DNA from: Leptolyngbyaceae cyanobacterium
Lineage (GTDB): Bacteria > Cyanobacteriota > Cyanobacteriia > Phormidesmidales > Phormidesmidaceae
NCBI GenBank assembly: GCA_050331235.1
Contig: JBHJHA010000017.1
Span: 1 to 64,000, forward strand
Direction of reading: 5' to 3'
DNA length: 64,000 nt
The position numbers were made by a program, and so were the translations under genes. The first letter of the stretch is position 1, and the number at the start of each line of letters is the position of its first letter. This document shows positions 31,170 through 41,726 of the stretch, piece by piece. The notes under the pieces were generated by a model. That model ran no database searches, was not told the origin of the DNA, and saw nothing but the letters and a program-made list of their open reading frames with translations.

Positions 31170-34100
31170 ATGACTGCAAAGCCGTCTGTATTTCAAACAT
31201 CTTCTGCCCCTGATCCATCGCCCGGTGATTGGGTGGCGCAGCAATTGGCTCCCAACGCTCACGTACAGATGAGGTTGCGGGGAAATGTTTTGCACGTACT
31301 CTCGGAAACGCCCCACCCACTGCATCAAACTGGTGCCGTTTCACGATTAGTCGATGCGCTGCTAGAGCAACCCCAGGGGCAAGATGTGATTGCCGAGACT
31401 TATCCCCAGGCCTATCAGCTTTATATCTACAGTCGTCAGGTGGGGCAGGCCCGTCCTGACTGGACGGCTCCCATTTATCTCAACCGCTTAGAGCGCCATC
31501 AGACCCAGCTACATCAGCAAGCGGGGGCGTCTCTGAAAATTGCTGACGCAGCTCAAATGGCTGGGAACGCTGAACATAAGGATGACGCCTCTGGTGCTGT
31601 AGCGCCCGATGACTCTACGACAGCCATTGTGCTGTCTCACCTCAGCTTGGCCCGCCAGGGTGACCCTGATGCGATCGCTTGGTATCTCAGCGAAGTGCTC
31701 AGCACCCTCGACGTGGGGGTTTGGGTCAGTGTCCGGGCGGCATCTCGGCAGGTGGCGCGCCACCGAGAAGCGGTAGCCGCCGAAGAAGCGCCGGGTGAGT
31801 CTACTGCAGCAGCGATAACGGCTGACACAATTCAACGGCTATGGGTTTGGTGTGAGGCTACATACAGCCCCGATCCGCTCCTCATTGCCGAACCGGTCAC
31901 CGAGCGCCTGCGGCAGCTCTCATTAACGCAATTCAAAGATGCGGTGATCGTCATCCAGGTCCATGGCGAAGCAACCCCCGATTGGAGTCTCCGGATCGAT
32001 CTCACTCCAGCAGAAGAAATGCTGCGGGAATGGGCGCGCTGGGGCGATGAAGCCGCCATTGTTCGTCTCATCAATGCCGCTCTGGTGGAGCGCAGCGCTA
32101 CGGTCACTGCCGAGCGTAAAGAGGAGAGCCTGCATTGCATTGTGCATCCGACCGCTCCGGAGGATGCGGCGGTTCCCTCAGAAAATTTGGTCATGGGGGC
32201 CATTGCGTCCTTGCTGGAGGCGATCGCCCCCCAGGGATTGCTGCGCCTCATGATATACGGCCAAGCTCCAGAGGCGGAGACTCCAGCGTGGGTAAGATGC
32301 CTCAATTTGCCAGCTCAAGATCACCCCGATTTACGCACTCCGCCCAGTGACCTTGCTCAGGAGGGAGATTTGGCGGCGTTGGCCTATTTGCTGACGCGCT
32401 TGTTGAACCCTGATCTAGAGGCTCAACTGGCCACTGGGGGGATCCGTGTGCAGGTTCTCCGCCGCGATCGCCTGCTGCATCTGATGGCCGATGCCCCGGT
32501 ATGCCCTACCCGGCGGCAGGTGGTACCCCAGGTGCTTGACTTCATTGAGATGCTCGAATTGCCTGACATTACTGGCATTCGCCTCTACGGCCGTCGAGCC
32601 GGCCAGCAACGTCCTATGTGGAGTTTTGGCAAAGACTTCGAAACCCGCCCTGAATTGGTGCCGAAAGCGGAGCCGGTATTTGCGGTATCCGATCAGTATG
32701 TGGGCGACTTGTTGGCGGGACCCCCAGCTGCGGTCCCGGATGAGGCGACGCCAACCGCCGTCGCCAATGCCCTCCAGACTGCCTGGGCACGGGGGCTCGA
32801 TCACGTCCGCAAGTTTTTGTTTGAGACCCAGCTGGTGGTACCGCAGCAAGATCTGGCCCGCACGCCAGCGACCCTTCCCAATGCCGACTCCCAAGACGTG
32901 GTCAAAATTGGCTTGGTCTGGGCATCGGTTGGCTTACTGTTGGCCCTCCAAGCTGACTGGATTTTTGGTCAAGTGATCAACCCTAGTCAGGCTCAGGGGG
33001 CACCGGAGGCATCCATGTCAACGGCCTCAGCCGTTTCTGACGGGGGGGCAACGACTACTCGCAAAGTGCCGACCGAAGCTGAAGGCGACTGGCAGCTGGA
33101 TGATTGGCAGGTGAGTAATCCTCAGTCAGAGGCGGCATTGACTGACGATCGCCTGGGGGACCGCAGCGATATTTTTAACGATCGCGATCTCATCGCTAGC
33201 CCTGAGCAGTCCCTCGCCCCGACCCCGGAGCTGCTGTCCTATTCTCCCTATCCCTCGTTTCGCAGCCAGCAAATGGATGAAAAGCTGGCTCTCTATCATC
33301 AGCGCTTGGCGGAGTCAGGGCCGCCAGATATTTTGATCATCGGGAGCTCACGTGCTCTGCGAGGAGTTGATCCGGCGGCTCTACAGCGAGAGTTGGCCGC
33401 GTTGGGATATGGCGATCTAAGCGTTTTTAACTTTGGGGTGAACGGTGCCACGGCGCAAGTGGTCGATCTCACCATTCGCCGTGTCCTAGAGCCCCACCAG
33501 CTGCCACGCGTGATTGTCTGGGCGGATGGAGCCCGGGCGTTTAATAGTGGGCGTACGGATGTCACTTTTAATGCGATCGCGGCCTCGGATGGCTATCGGG
33601 AACTGGGACGTCGCAATCCCGACGTGGCGGCTGCCCCCAGCGATGGTGAGGCCGTAGATGAAGCGACTGAGGTGGCGGCTGAGCCCCAGCCCATTGGCGA
33701 AGCGCTGCGGGAAAGCTATCAGGCGTTGGATGTCACCCTCAGCGATCGCCTGGGGGAACATTCCGCCGTTTATGAAAACCGCGACGAGCTGAAAGCTTTT
33801 GTCCGCGATCGGTTGCTCACACCGCTAATGGCGCCAGTTGCCCTTTCCTCGGGGACGGACAAAGCCACCCCAAATACCTCTGATATGCCGATCCCCGAGG
33901 GTAGCCGGATTGACTTTGATGGGTTCTTATCCTTAGATGTGCGGTTCAATCCGGCAACTTATTATCAGCTTTATGCTCGCGTCCCTGGAGCTTACGACAG
34001 CGATTACGATGAGTTTGGCCTAGCGGGCGAACAAACCCAAGCCTTTGAACAACTGCTGACCTACACCCAGCAGCAGGACATTCCCATCATCTTTGTGAAT

Positions 34101-34373
34101 ACGCCTCTGACGGACGAGTATTTAGATGGCTACCGCACCGATGCGGAAGCGGATTTCCAGAAGCTGATGCTGCAATACTCAGCGACAGAGGAAGATTTTA
34201 TCTTTCGAGATTTAGGACAGGTGTGGACTAGCCGTTACGATTATTTTTCGGATCCGAGCCATTTGAATCGATATGGTGCTTATCAGGTATCGTTGCGGTT
34301 GGCGCAGGATCCTATGATTGCCTGGCCCCGTGCGCTTGATTTGTCTGCTGCCAATCCTGACGACACGCCATGA
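31170..34373 (+). CDS. Large membrane protein: N-terminal repeats, one TM segment, C-terminal SGNH-like (DUF1574-type) domain
   Basis: 'IIGSSRA' (33342), 'NFGVNGAT', 'DPSHLN' (34251); TM 'IGLVWASVGLLLAL'; ATGA overlap with the MBOAT gene. Confidence 0.8.
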   Translation: MTAKPSVFQTSSAPDPSPGDWVAQQLAPNAHVQMRLRGNVLHVLSETPHPLHQTGAVSRLVDALLEQPQGQDVIAETYPQAYQLYIYSRQVGQARPDWTAPIYLNRLERHQTQLHQQAGASLKIADAAQMAGNAEHKDDASGAVAPDDSTTAIVLSHLSLARQGDPDAIAWYLSEVLSTLDVGVWVSVRAASRQVARHREAVAAEEAPGESTAAAITADTIQRLWVWCEATYSPDPLLIAEPVTERLRQLSLTQFKDAVIVIQVHGEATPDWSLRIDLTPAEEMLREWARWGDEAAIVRLINAALVERSATVTAERKEESLHCIVHPTAPEDAAVPSENLVMGAIASLLEAIAPQGLLRLMIYGQAPEAETPAWVRCLNLPAQDHPDLRTPPSDLAQEGDLAALAYLLTRLLNPDLEAQLATGGIRVQVLRRDRLLHLMADAPVCPTRRQVVPQVLDFIEMLELPDITGIRLYGRRAGQQRPMWSFGKDFETRPELVPKAEPVFAVSDQYVGDLLAGPPAAVPDEATPTAVANALQTAWARGLDHVRKFLFETQLVVPQQDLARTPATLPNADSQDVVKIGLVWASVGLLLALQADWIFGQVINPSQAQGAPEASMSTASAVSDGGATTTRKVPTEAEGDWQLDDWQVSNPQSEAALTDDRLGDRSDIFNDRDLIASPEQSLAPTPELLSYSPYPSFRSQQMDEKLALYHQRLAESGPPDILIIGSSRALRGVDPAALQRELAALGYGDLSVFNFGVNGATAQVVDLTIRRVLEPHQLPRVIVWADGARAFNSGRTDVTFNAIAASDGYRELGRRNPDVAAAPSDGEAVDEATEVAAEPQPIGEALRESYQALDVTLSDRLGEHSAVYENRDELKAFVRDRLLTPLMAPVALSSGTDKATPNTSDMPIPEGSRIDFDGFLSLDVRFNPATYYQLYARVPGAYDSDYDEFGLAGEQTQAFEQLLTYTQQQDIPIIFVNTPLTDEYLDGYRTDAEADFQKLMLQYSATEEDFIFRDLGQVWTSRYDYFSDPSHLNRYGAYQVSLRLAQDPMIAWPRALDLSAANPDDTP

Positions 34374-35857
34374 CCTTACCTTCGATTCTTTATGGTCTCT
34401 TTTTGCTCAGCGTTGTTGGGCTCTATTGGGCTGTTGAGCGGCGATCGCTGCGAATCTGGTTATTGCTAATTGCCAGCATTGTTTTCTACACCTCGCTACA
34501 AGTGCACTATGTGCCGTTGATGTTGGCGCTGGTCGCGATCAACTACTGGTTGGGGCGCGTGCTCACCGTCCCGACGGACTGGCGGGTCCCCAATGAACAG
34601 TGGCAGATGGCCGAGCAGCAGTGGTATCGCCGTCGCCGTTACTGGCTTATTTTCGGGATTGTGCTCAATGTAGTGCTACTACTCGGCTTCAAATATCTGG
34701 AGTCCTGGCTGCGTTGGCTAGTACCCGTCGGCTTTAATCCAGAGATTACTGATGGCAGCTGGCTGACGATCGCCTTTCCCCTAGGCCTGAGTTTCTTTAC
34801 GTTTGAATGCCTTGCTTACCTGGTGGACGTTTATCGAGGGGCCCCTGCGACCCATAGTCTGTCTGAGTTCGCTGCCTACAAGCTGTATTTTCCCAAGCTC
34901 ATCTCGGGCCCCATCACGCGCTTTCACAGCTTTGTTAACCAAGTCGGCGATCAACCAAGCCTGAATCTCACTTGGGCAGTCGAAGGGCTCTGGCTAATTG
35001 GCATTGGTGCCGTCAAAAAAGTGTTGATTGCTGACCACATCGGTACTTTGGTTAACCTGAGTTTCGACAACTTAGCCCGGGCCGGTAGCTGGGATGTTTG
35101 GCTGGCCTTGTTTGCCTATGGGCTGCAGCTTTACTTAGACTTCAGCGGCTATGTGGACGTGGCGCGGGGCAGCGCCCTGCTGATGGGTATCAATCTGCCG
35201 CAAAATTTTAACTTTCCTTATCTCACTACGAGCATTGCTGACTTTTGGCGGCGCTGGCACATCACCTTGGGTGATTGGCTACGCAACTATCTTTACTTTC
35301 CCTTGGGAGGATCGCGCCGCGGTTTGCCCCGGACGGCGGTTAATCTCATGGTGGTCATGCTGGTCGCTGGGGTATGGCACGGCAACACCTGGGGATTTTT
35401 GATTTGGGGAGGGATTCACGGTTTGGCTCTAGTGCTCCATCGGTGCAGCTATGTAGTGGCCCAAGGGTGGCAGCCTTTCCGGCGATTTTGGGAGCGGTCC
35501 TGGGGCGTGGCGATCGCCTGGGCCTTGACCCAGGGCTTGGTCTTTTTTAGCTGGCTCTTTTTCCGCTTGCCAGAGCCGGCACAATACACCTTGGCCCTAC
35601 AAAAGTTGTGGGGAGCCAATAGCGATCTGCAATTTGCTCAGAAAGTCTATGTCGAGTCCCTGGGGCTGACTGCGGGGCAGCTGTGGACCTTGCTGTGGGT
35701 GCTAGTCGGTGGCATGATGGTAATTTATTTCGCCCAGCGCGAGCTCAAGCTACAGCTCAACTGGCCCGTTAAGCTTTTACTGGTTCCTCTCTGTCTCTTC
35801 TTTGCGTGGCAGCTGGCCCCGAGTGAGACGCTTTCATATATTTATTTCGACTTCTAA
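34370..35857 (+). CDS. MBOAT family O-acyltransferase (AlgI/DltB-like)
   Basis: 'PLGLSFFTF', 'SGPI.R', 'Y.DFSGY.D', 'FWRRWHITL', catalytic 'GVWHG'. Confidence 0.93.
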   Translation: MTLPSILYGLFLLSVVGLYWAVERRSLRIWLLLIASIVFYTSLQVHYVPLMLALVAINYWLGRVLTVPTDWRVPNEQWQMAEQQWYRRRRYWLIFGIVLNVVLLLGFKYLESWLRWLVPVGFNPEITDGSWLTIAFPLGLSFFTFECLAYLVDVYRGAPATHSLSEFAAYKLYFPKLISGPITRFHSFVNQVGDQPSLNLTWAVEGLWLIGIGAVKKVLIADHIGTLVNLSFDNLARAGSWDVWLALFAYGLQLYLDFSGYVDVARGSALLMGINLPQNFNFPYLTTSIADFWRRWHITLGDWLRNYLYFPLGGSRRGLPRTAVNLMVVMLVAGVWHGNTWGFLIWGGIHGLALVLHRCSYVVAQGWQPFRRFWERSWGVAIAWALTQGLVFFSWLFFRLPEPAQYTLALQKLWGANSDLQFAQKVYVESLGLTAGQLWTLLWVLVGGMMVIYFAQRELKLQLNWPVKLLLVPLCLFFAWQLAPSETLSYIYFDF

Positions 35858-36057
35858 ACCTGTAGTGGGTGAACGGCTAGATCCTGTGGGACACTACTCC
35901 AAAGGTGACGCTAGTGATAGAGTTAGCGCCGTTAAGAGTCGAGCTTGGACACGCTGCTTTGACGTCGCTTTGACCAGGCTGCCTGGGTGGCTGCGCTAGT
36001 TAGCATCGAATCGCCGGCGATCGCCTCCCCCCAATGTTTGCTGTCCTGTTTTTGTTT

Positions 36058-37137
36058 ATGACTGTTTCTTCGTTTTCTGCTGCTTCGGCATCGCTAGCTG
36101 CGACAGCCCCTGAAACTCAACGTCGCAAAGCCGACCACATTCGCGTGTGTCTAGAGCAAGACGTGCAGTGCCAGCAAACAACGACTGGATTAGAGAAGTT
36201 TCGGTTTGAGCACTGCTGTTTGCCAGAGCTTGACTGGGCAGATCTAGATATCTCCACGCACTTTTTGGGCAAAAGGCTGGGTGCACCGCTATTGATCTCC
36301 TCAATGACTGGGGGCACTGACCAAGCCCAAATGATTAATCAGCGCCTTGCAGTCGTTGCCCAAACCTATAGTTTGGCCATGGGCGTTGGGTCGCAGCGGG
36401 TGGCTATCGAAGCCCCTGAGGTCATGCCCACCTTCGCGATGCGCCGATATGCGCCAGACTGTTTACTCTTTGCCAATATTGGCGCAGTGCAGCTCAACTA
36501 TGGCTACGGGGTGTCAGAATGCCAGCGTGTTGTGGATGCCTTGGCAGCCGATGCCCTGATCCTGCATCTCAATGCTTTGCAGGAAAGTGTGCAAACTCGA
36601 GGCGATCGCAACTTTAGAGGACTACTCGAGCGGATTGCCCAGCTGTGCGATCAGCTCCCGGTGCCAGTCATCGCCAAAGAGGTGGGTAATGGCATTTCCG
36701 CGCCGATGGCCCAACGGTTGCTGGAAGCCGGTGTGAGCGCGATCGATGTTGCCGGTGCTGGCGGTACTTCCTGGGCTAAAGTCGAGGGGGGAAGGGCCAC
36801 TGAGCCCCGCCAGCGCCGACTGGGCCAAACCTTTGGCGATTGGGGCTTACCCACGGCGGACTGTGTCGCCCAGGTAAGGGCGATCGCGCCCACCGTCCCC
36901 CTCATTGCTTCCGGTGGCATCCGCAACGGACTGCAGGCAGCTAAAGCGTTAGCTTTGGGGGCTGATGTTGTTGGCTTGGCTCATCCCTTCTTAGTGGCCG
37001 CTCACGAGTCAGAAGCCAGCCTTGCTCTCTTAGCCGAGTGTCTTACTGAGGAACTGCGCACTGTTTTGTTGTGCACGGGGCAGCCCAACTTTACCCAGTT
37101 AAAAACGGCTGATGTTCTCCACCGAGTATCGGGTTGA
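36058..37137 (+). CDS. fni: Type 2 isopentenyl-diphosphate delta-isomerase
   Basis: 'RKADHI', 'SSMTGG', 'GVGSQR', 'AKEVG.G', 'AGAGGTSW'. Alternative start 36034. Confidence 0.95.
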   Translation: MTVSSFSAASASLAATAPETQRRKADHIRVCLEQDVQCQQTTTGLEKFRFEHCCLPELDWADLDISTHFLGKRLGAPLLISSMTGGTDQAQMINQRLAVVAQTYSLAMGVGSQRVAIEAPEVMPTFAMRRYAPDCLLFANIGAVQLNYGYGVSECQRVVDALAADALILHLNALQESVQTRGDRNFRGLLERIAQLCDQLPVPVIAKEVGNGISAPMAQRLLEAGVSAIDVAGAGGTSWAKVEGGRATEPRQRRLGQTFGDWGLPTADCVAQVRAIAPTVPLIASGGIRNGLQAAKALALGADVVGLAHPFLVAAHESEASLALLAECLTEELRTVLLCTGQPNFTQLKTADVLHRVSG

Positions 37138-37439
37138 TGTCTATCCGGCAGCGGCAGACCGAGTTGTCGCTCTCGGGTGCTGGCGTTACCCAGCTCGCTG
37201 CTTGGTCAAATGTGAGGTTGAGATCAGAAGCTCAAATGTTCTGGTGACCCGATTGAGCGATCCACTCCCGCCGAGGGAGTGGTGTCTGCAGAACGGCGTG
37301 GGGAGAGGCTACGTTTGCCCCACCCCGTCGACCTCTTCTAGGAGGAGATAATTAAAAGGGTTTGGCCCTAACCCGAACTGAGGTCATCCAACGGTAGCCA
37401 AGTGTCACTAGACTGCCACACCTGCCTGGTCCCACAAAG

Positions 37440-37805
37440 CTAAAACTCATCGTCGGCGTAATTGGGATTCATCCCCGCTTCATTGTCCCGCTTTGAGCCC
37501 AGCAGTTCTAGACGATCAACGCGAATCACTGGTGACGTTCTGAGGGCTCCCGTGGCGCGATCGTTCCACTGGTCAAACTTCAGCGCCCCGCTAATGCCAA
37601 TTAAGCTGCCCTTGCGCACGTAGTTAGCTGCGACTTCTGCCGTTCGCCCCCACATTTCTAGATTGAACCAGTCTGGCTGGTCAGAGTTGCGGGTGCGGCG
37701 ATCCACCGCTAATGAAAACTTGCAGACAACACTGCCTGATTCAAAATACTTCACATCAGGGTCACGTCCAGCTCGGCCTACGAGAGTAACGGCGTTGATG
37801 CTCAT
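37440..37805 (-). CDS. ssb: Single-stranded DNA-binding protein (short cyanobacterial type)
   Basis: 'INAVTLVGRAGRDP..KYFESG', 'WF.LEMWG.TAEVA..Y.RKG', acidic 'DDEF' tail. Confidence 0.95.
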   Translation of the reverse strand: MSINAVTLVGRAGRDPDVKYFESGSVVCKFSLAVDRRTRNSDQPDWFNLEMWGRTAEVAANYVRKGSLIGISGALKFDQWNDRATGALRTSPVIRVDRLELLGSKRDNEAGMNPNYADDEF

Positions 37806-38233
37806 GTCTAAGCTTCTCCTGATTGGGTTGACGGTAGGGTGTAAACCAGATTGAACGAGATGTTGAAAATCGTCTAACCGTCCAAAATGGCTTACTTGTA
37901 CTGCTCTCCAGTGTGCCTCAACTTGGAGCAAACCGAATCTGAAGAACCGGATGAGGCGTCCTGCACAAAGCTGTTAGCAAGAAGTGCAGCTAGCCGCTAT
38001 CAAGCGTCATGGTTTAACTGATTTCTGATAGCTGCAAACATCAGTCGCTAGACGCATCGATACGAATCGTAATAAAATCCACTTCGTCCGTGTTGCAATG
38101 AGCAGCAGGCGTTCCCTAACTTTGTGTCTCGGCAGTTTGTAGTTTCAGTATCATGAGCGCATCTATGACCTAGCATGAAGTTCGGCGAGTTTACATCTAA
38201 CCGTCCATTTCGTTCGTTTGGGGGCTAAGTCTC

Positions 38234-39274
38234 GTGGGTTTTCTCGACCGGTTTTCGTTATCCCGAGACATGGGTATCGATTTAGGCACTGCCAATACCT
38301 TGGTGTATGTCTCAGGCAAAGGGGTCGTTTTACAAGAGCCCTCAGTGGTCGCGATCGATCAAGTTGAAAAGAAGCCTTTGGCTGTTGGCGAAGAGGCCAA
38401 GCGCATGCTCGGGCGTACGCCGGGCAACGTGGCGGCGCTCCGTCCGTTGCGGGATGGCGTGATCGCTGACTTTGATACAGCTGAGCTCATGCTCAAGCAC
38501 TTCATTCGGCAAGTCCATGAAGGGCGCACGCTCGTTTCACCCCGCATTGTGATTGGTATTCCTAGCGGTGTGACGGGAGTTGAGCGTCGTGCTGTAATGG
38601 ATGCCGCTCAGCAGGCTGGGGCGCGCACCGTATATTTGATTGACGAGCCGGTGGCAGCGGCGATCGGAGCCGGGCTGCCTGTGGCTGAGCCGACCGGCAA
38701 CCTGGTTATTGATATCGGTGGAGGGACCACCGAGGTTGCTGTTTTGAGCTTGCAAGGGACCGTGCTCAGCGAGTCTGTCAGAGTCGCCGGTGATGAACTG
38801 AGTGAATCGATCGCGCAGTACCTCAAAAAGGTGCACAACTTGGTTGTGGGGGAAAGAACGGCTGAGGAGATCAAAATTAAAATTGGCTCAGCCTATCCTA
38901 CAGCTGATGACAGCGAGCTCATTATGGATGTACGGGGGCTACACCTCTTGTCGGGGCTCCCCCGAACTGTCACAGTCAAGGCTGGTGAGATTCGTGAAAG
39001 TATGGCAGAGCCCTTGGCCGTCATCGTTGAGGCGGTGAAGCGGACCCTAGAGCGCACCCCACCCGAGTTGGCAGCTGACATTATCGACCGTGGCATCATG
39101 TTGGCTGGGGGTGGGGCTTTGCTACATGGTCTCGATACATTGTTGAGCCATGAAACAGGTATTGTGGTCCATGTGGCCGCTGACCCCTTAAGCTGTGTGG
39201 TTTTGGGGACTGGTCGAGTCCTTGAAAACTTTAGCCAGATGGGTCGAGTCTTTAGTGGTAGTTCTGGTATTTAG
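38234..39274 (+). CDS. mreB: Rod shape-determining protein MreB
   Basis: 'GIDLGTANT', 'DIGGGTTE', 'LAGGGALL'. Confidence 0.97.
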   Translation: MGFLDRFSLSRDMGIDLGTANTLVYVSGKGVVLQEPSVVAIDQVEKKPLAVGEEAKRMLGRTPGNVAALRPLRDGVIADFDTAELMLKHFIRQVHEGRTLVSPRIVIGIPSGVTGVERRAVMDAAQQAGARTVYLIDEPVAAAIGAGLPVAEPTGNLVIDIGGGTTEVAVLSLQGTVLSESVRVAGDELSESIAQYLKKVHNLVVGERTAEEIKIKIGSAYPTADDSELIMDVRGLHLLSGLPRTVTVKAGEIRESMAEPLAVIVEAVKRTLERTPPELAADIIDRGIMLAGGGALLHGLDTLLSHETGIVVHVAADPLSCVVLGTGRVLENFSQMGRVFSGSSGI

Positions 39275-39290
39275 GGAAGGTTAGAACTGC

Positions 39291-40115
39291 ATGTTTGCCC
39301 TCCGGCGCTGGTGGAATCAATATGCGCTCAAGGCTGGTTTGGTGGCCTTGCTGATTGTCGCGGCCTTGGGCCTGCGAGAAAGCGGCGGAGCCGTCATTTA
39401 TGAAATGTATCGCTGGGTAACGCGGCCCTTTCATCCAGGTCCCTCGCGGGAAGCCATCCTGCAGTCAAGCTATGCCCAGGAACTGCAACAGCGGGTAGTG
39501 GAGCTAGAGAGCCAAAATCGATCGCTCCGGCAAGTTGTCGAAGGGGACAGTCAGCTCCTGTCAGAGGGGGTGCCAGCGGCCGTGATTGGGCGCAGTGCCG
39601 GTGACTGGTGGCAGCAGCTGATCATCAGTCGCGGACAGCGTGATGGCATTACGGTTGATGACATTGTCACTGGTCCTGGTGGACTGGTGGGTCGGGTGAT
39701 TGCGGTATCGCCCAACAGCAGTCGGGTTTTGCTCATCAGCGACCCGACTAGCCGCATCGGCGCGCGGATCAGCCGCAGCCGAGCCACTGGCTACATTCGG
39801 GGCACGATGGGGCAGCAGGTCGTGATGGAGTTTTTTGACAAGCTACCCGATGTGGAAGTTGGAGATGTCGTGGTGACTTCGGCCTACAGCAAGCTCTTTC
39901 CACCAAATATTCCAGTGGGTCGCGTCGTTGCGCTAGACCTCAATAAGAGTCCAGCGCCTGAGGTGACTGTGGAGCTGACCTCACCACTCAGTATTGTGGA
40001 ATGGGTTGAGGTTGTCCCCTTTGCGCCCAAGGATATTGACATGCCAGAAGCAGAGGCCCCTCTACGGGAGGCGTTTCCGACTAATGAAGACGAGGAGCTC
40101 GAGCTCGATCCATGA
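39291..40115 (+). CDS. mreC: Rod shape-determining protein MreC
   Basis: Follows mreB; N-terminal TM, coiled coil, 'GGLVGRV......SRVLLI.D', 'GD.VVTS....FPP.IPVG'. Confidence 0.93.
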   Translation: MFALRRWWNQYALKAGLVALLIVAALGLRESGGAVIYEMYRWVTRPFHPGPSREAILQSSYAQELQQRVVELESQNRSLRQVVEGDSQLLSEGVPAAVIGRSAGDWWQQLIISRGQRDGITVDDIVTGPGGLVGRVIAVSPNSSRVLLISDPTSRIGARISRSRATGYIRGTMGQQVVMEFFDKLPDVEVGDVVVTSAYSKLFPPNIPVGRVVALDLNKSPAPEVTVELTSPLSIVEWVEVVPFAPKDIDMPEAEAPLREAFPTNEDEELELDP

Positions 40116-40696
40116 CTTCAGTCCGACTGAGTAGTGTCGCCATGCGACGTCGCTATCGCTGGCTCAATATTGCGGTGGTCGTAGGGTCAGCTTTGTTATG
40201 TACCGTGCTCTTGCCGATGCGTTTGCCTGGCATGGTGTTGCTAGGGGTAGGTCCCAGTTGGCTATTGATGTGGCTCGTGGTGTGGAGTGTCCAGCGCAAT
40301 GGCGTTGAAGGGGCGATCGCGGGTTTTATCTTAGGCCTCATTCAAGATGGTCTGACCGGTTACTTTCCTACGCACACCGTTGGGTTGACCTTAGTTGGGT
40401 TTCTCACAGCCAGCATTCAAAAACAACGCTTCATTCAAGAGGACTTTGTCTCGGTGGCCATTATCGTGTTTGGCATGACCGTAATTGCGCAAACCTTTAT
40501 GGCGTTGCAGATTAGTGCCCATCAGTTGCTCAGTCCTACATCGCCGTATCCAGGGCTGCCAGAAATTTGGCTACAGCATCAGCGCATTGCCTTGAGTTCT
40601 GCCATTTTAAGCAGCCTATGGGCACCGGCCATATACTATCCCCTGAGCCGATGGTGGGCTCACTATGAGCAGGTCATGACCCCGCCGAGTGGCTAA
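40112..40696 (+). CDS. mreD: Rod shape-determining protein MreD
   Basis: Hydrophobic ORF overlapping mreC; 'G...GLIQD.LT'. Confidence 0.9.
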   Translation: MTSVRLSSVAMRRRYRWLNIAVVVGSALLCTVLLPMRLPGMVLLGVGPSWLLMWLVVWSVQRNGVEGAIAGFILGLIQDGLTGYFPTHTVGLTLVGFLTASIQKQRFIQEDFVSVAIIVFGMTVIAQTFMALQISAHQLLSPTSPYPGLPEIWLQHQRIALSSAILSSLWAPAIYYPLSRWWAHYEQVMTPPSG

Positions 40697-40765
40697 GACA
40701 AGACCTAAGACCAGTAAGCTCGGCCATATCGGTCGGGCAAGTAGGACAGCAGGAATGAGGAACTT

Positions 40766-41548
40766 GTGGCCCTAAGTCAATTTGTTGCGCTCGTAGTCGC
40801 CGGCCTCTTGGCGGGTATACTCGCCGGTCTCTTGGGAATTGGCGGCGGCACGGTGATGGTGCCGATTTTGCTAGCGTTGGACTATACTCCCATCCAGGCG
40901 GTGGCGACGAGCAGCTTAGCAATCATCGTGACTTCCCTGTCAGGCAGTTTTCAAAATTGGCGCATGGGATATCTCGACTTTGATCGGGTGCTCTGGTTGG
41001 GGGTACCCGCAGTGATCACAGTACAGATTGGAGTCCTGATTGCGAGTAATTTATCGCCTCGGCTGTTGCTATTTGCCTTTGCAGTCTTATTGCTGGTGAA
41101 TATCTTCTTGGTGAGTCTGCGCAAAAGCCTAGCGGCTCAAACAGCTGGGGATGTAGCTATGCCCCTGCGGCTACATCCCACTGCAGCTAGGGTGCTGACG
41201 GGGGCGATCGCTGGTCTGATGGCGGGTCTTTTAGGCGTAGGGGGCGGTGTCATCATGGTGCCTCTGCAGATGGCACTCATCGGAGAACCAATCAAACGGG
41301 CCATCCAAACGAGTTTGGGCGTTGTAGTCATGACCGCGATCGCGTCCACCATCGGCCATGCGCTGCAGGGCAATGTGGTGTGGCTGGCAGGGCTGATGCT
41401 TGGGCTTGGGGGATTGCTCAGTGCCCAGCTCAGTAGTCGCATATTGCCTCAGCTTCCTGATCAGGTCGTTAGCGTCCTTTTTCGTAGCCTACTGGTCTTT
41501 CTAATTGTCTATACGCTGTGGGAAGCTTGGCAGTATCCAGCCAATTGA
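40766..41548 (+). CDS. Sulfite exporter TauE/SafE family membrane protein
   Basis: Duplicated 'G..AGLLG.GGG..MVP' and 'A.ATSS/AIQTSL' motifs. Confidence 0.9.
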   Translation: MALSQFVALVVAGLLAGILAGLLGIGGGTVMVPILLALDYTPIQAVATSSLAIIVTSLSGSFQNWRMGYLDFDRVLWLGVPAVITVQIGVLIASNLSPRLLLFAFAVLLLVNIFLVSLRKSLAAQTAGDVAMPLRLHPTAARVLTGAIAGLMAGLLGVGGGVIMVPLQMALIGEPIKRAIQTSLGVVVMTAIASTIGHALQGNVVWLAGLMLGLGGLLSAQLSSRILPQLPDQVVSVLFRSLLVFLIVYTLWEAWQYPAN

Positions 41549-41726
41549 GTGGTCAGTAGTCCGTTTCACGTTGACTTTGAGTTCTGCTGTGAGCCGATGG
41601 CTGAGATTGTTGGCAACCACCGCGCAGGTGCTCACTCAGGGGTAGCGGCGATCGCTGTTAAACTTGGCCTTTGGAATTTTCCCCTCAATTATCGCCGGCG
41701 GAATGCGTACTTTACTCCGATTCCAA

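Noticed and set aside
37806..37931. 42-aa N-terminal extension of Ssb in the ORF track
   Set aside because: The Ssb fold begins at the ATG at 37805. The extension falls in the divergent ssb/mreB promoter region.
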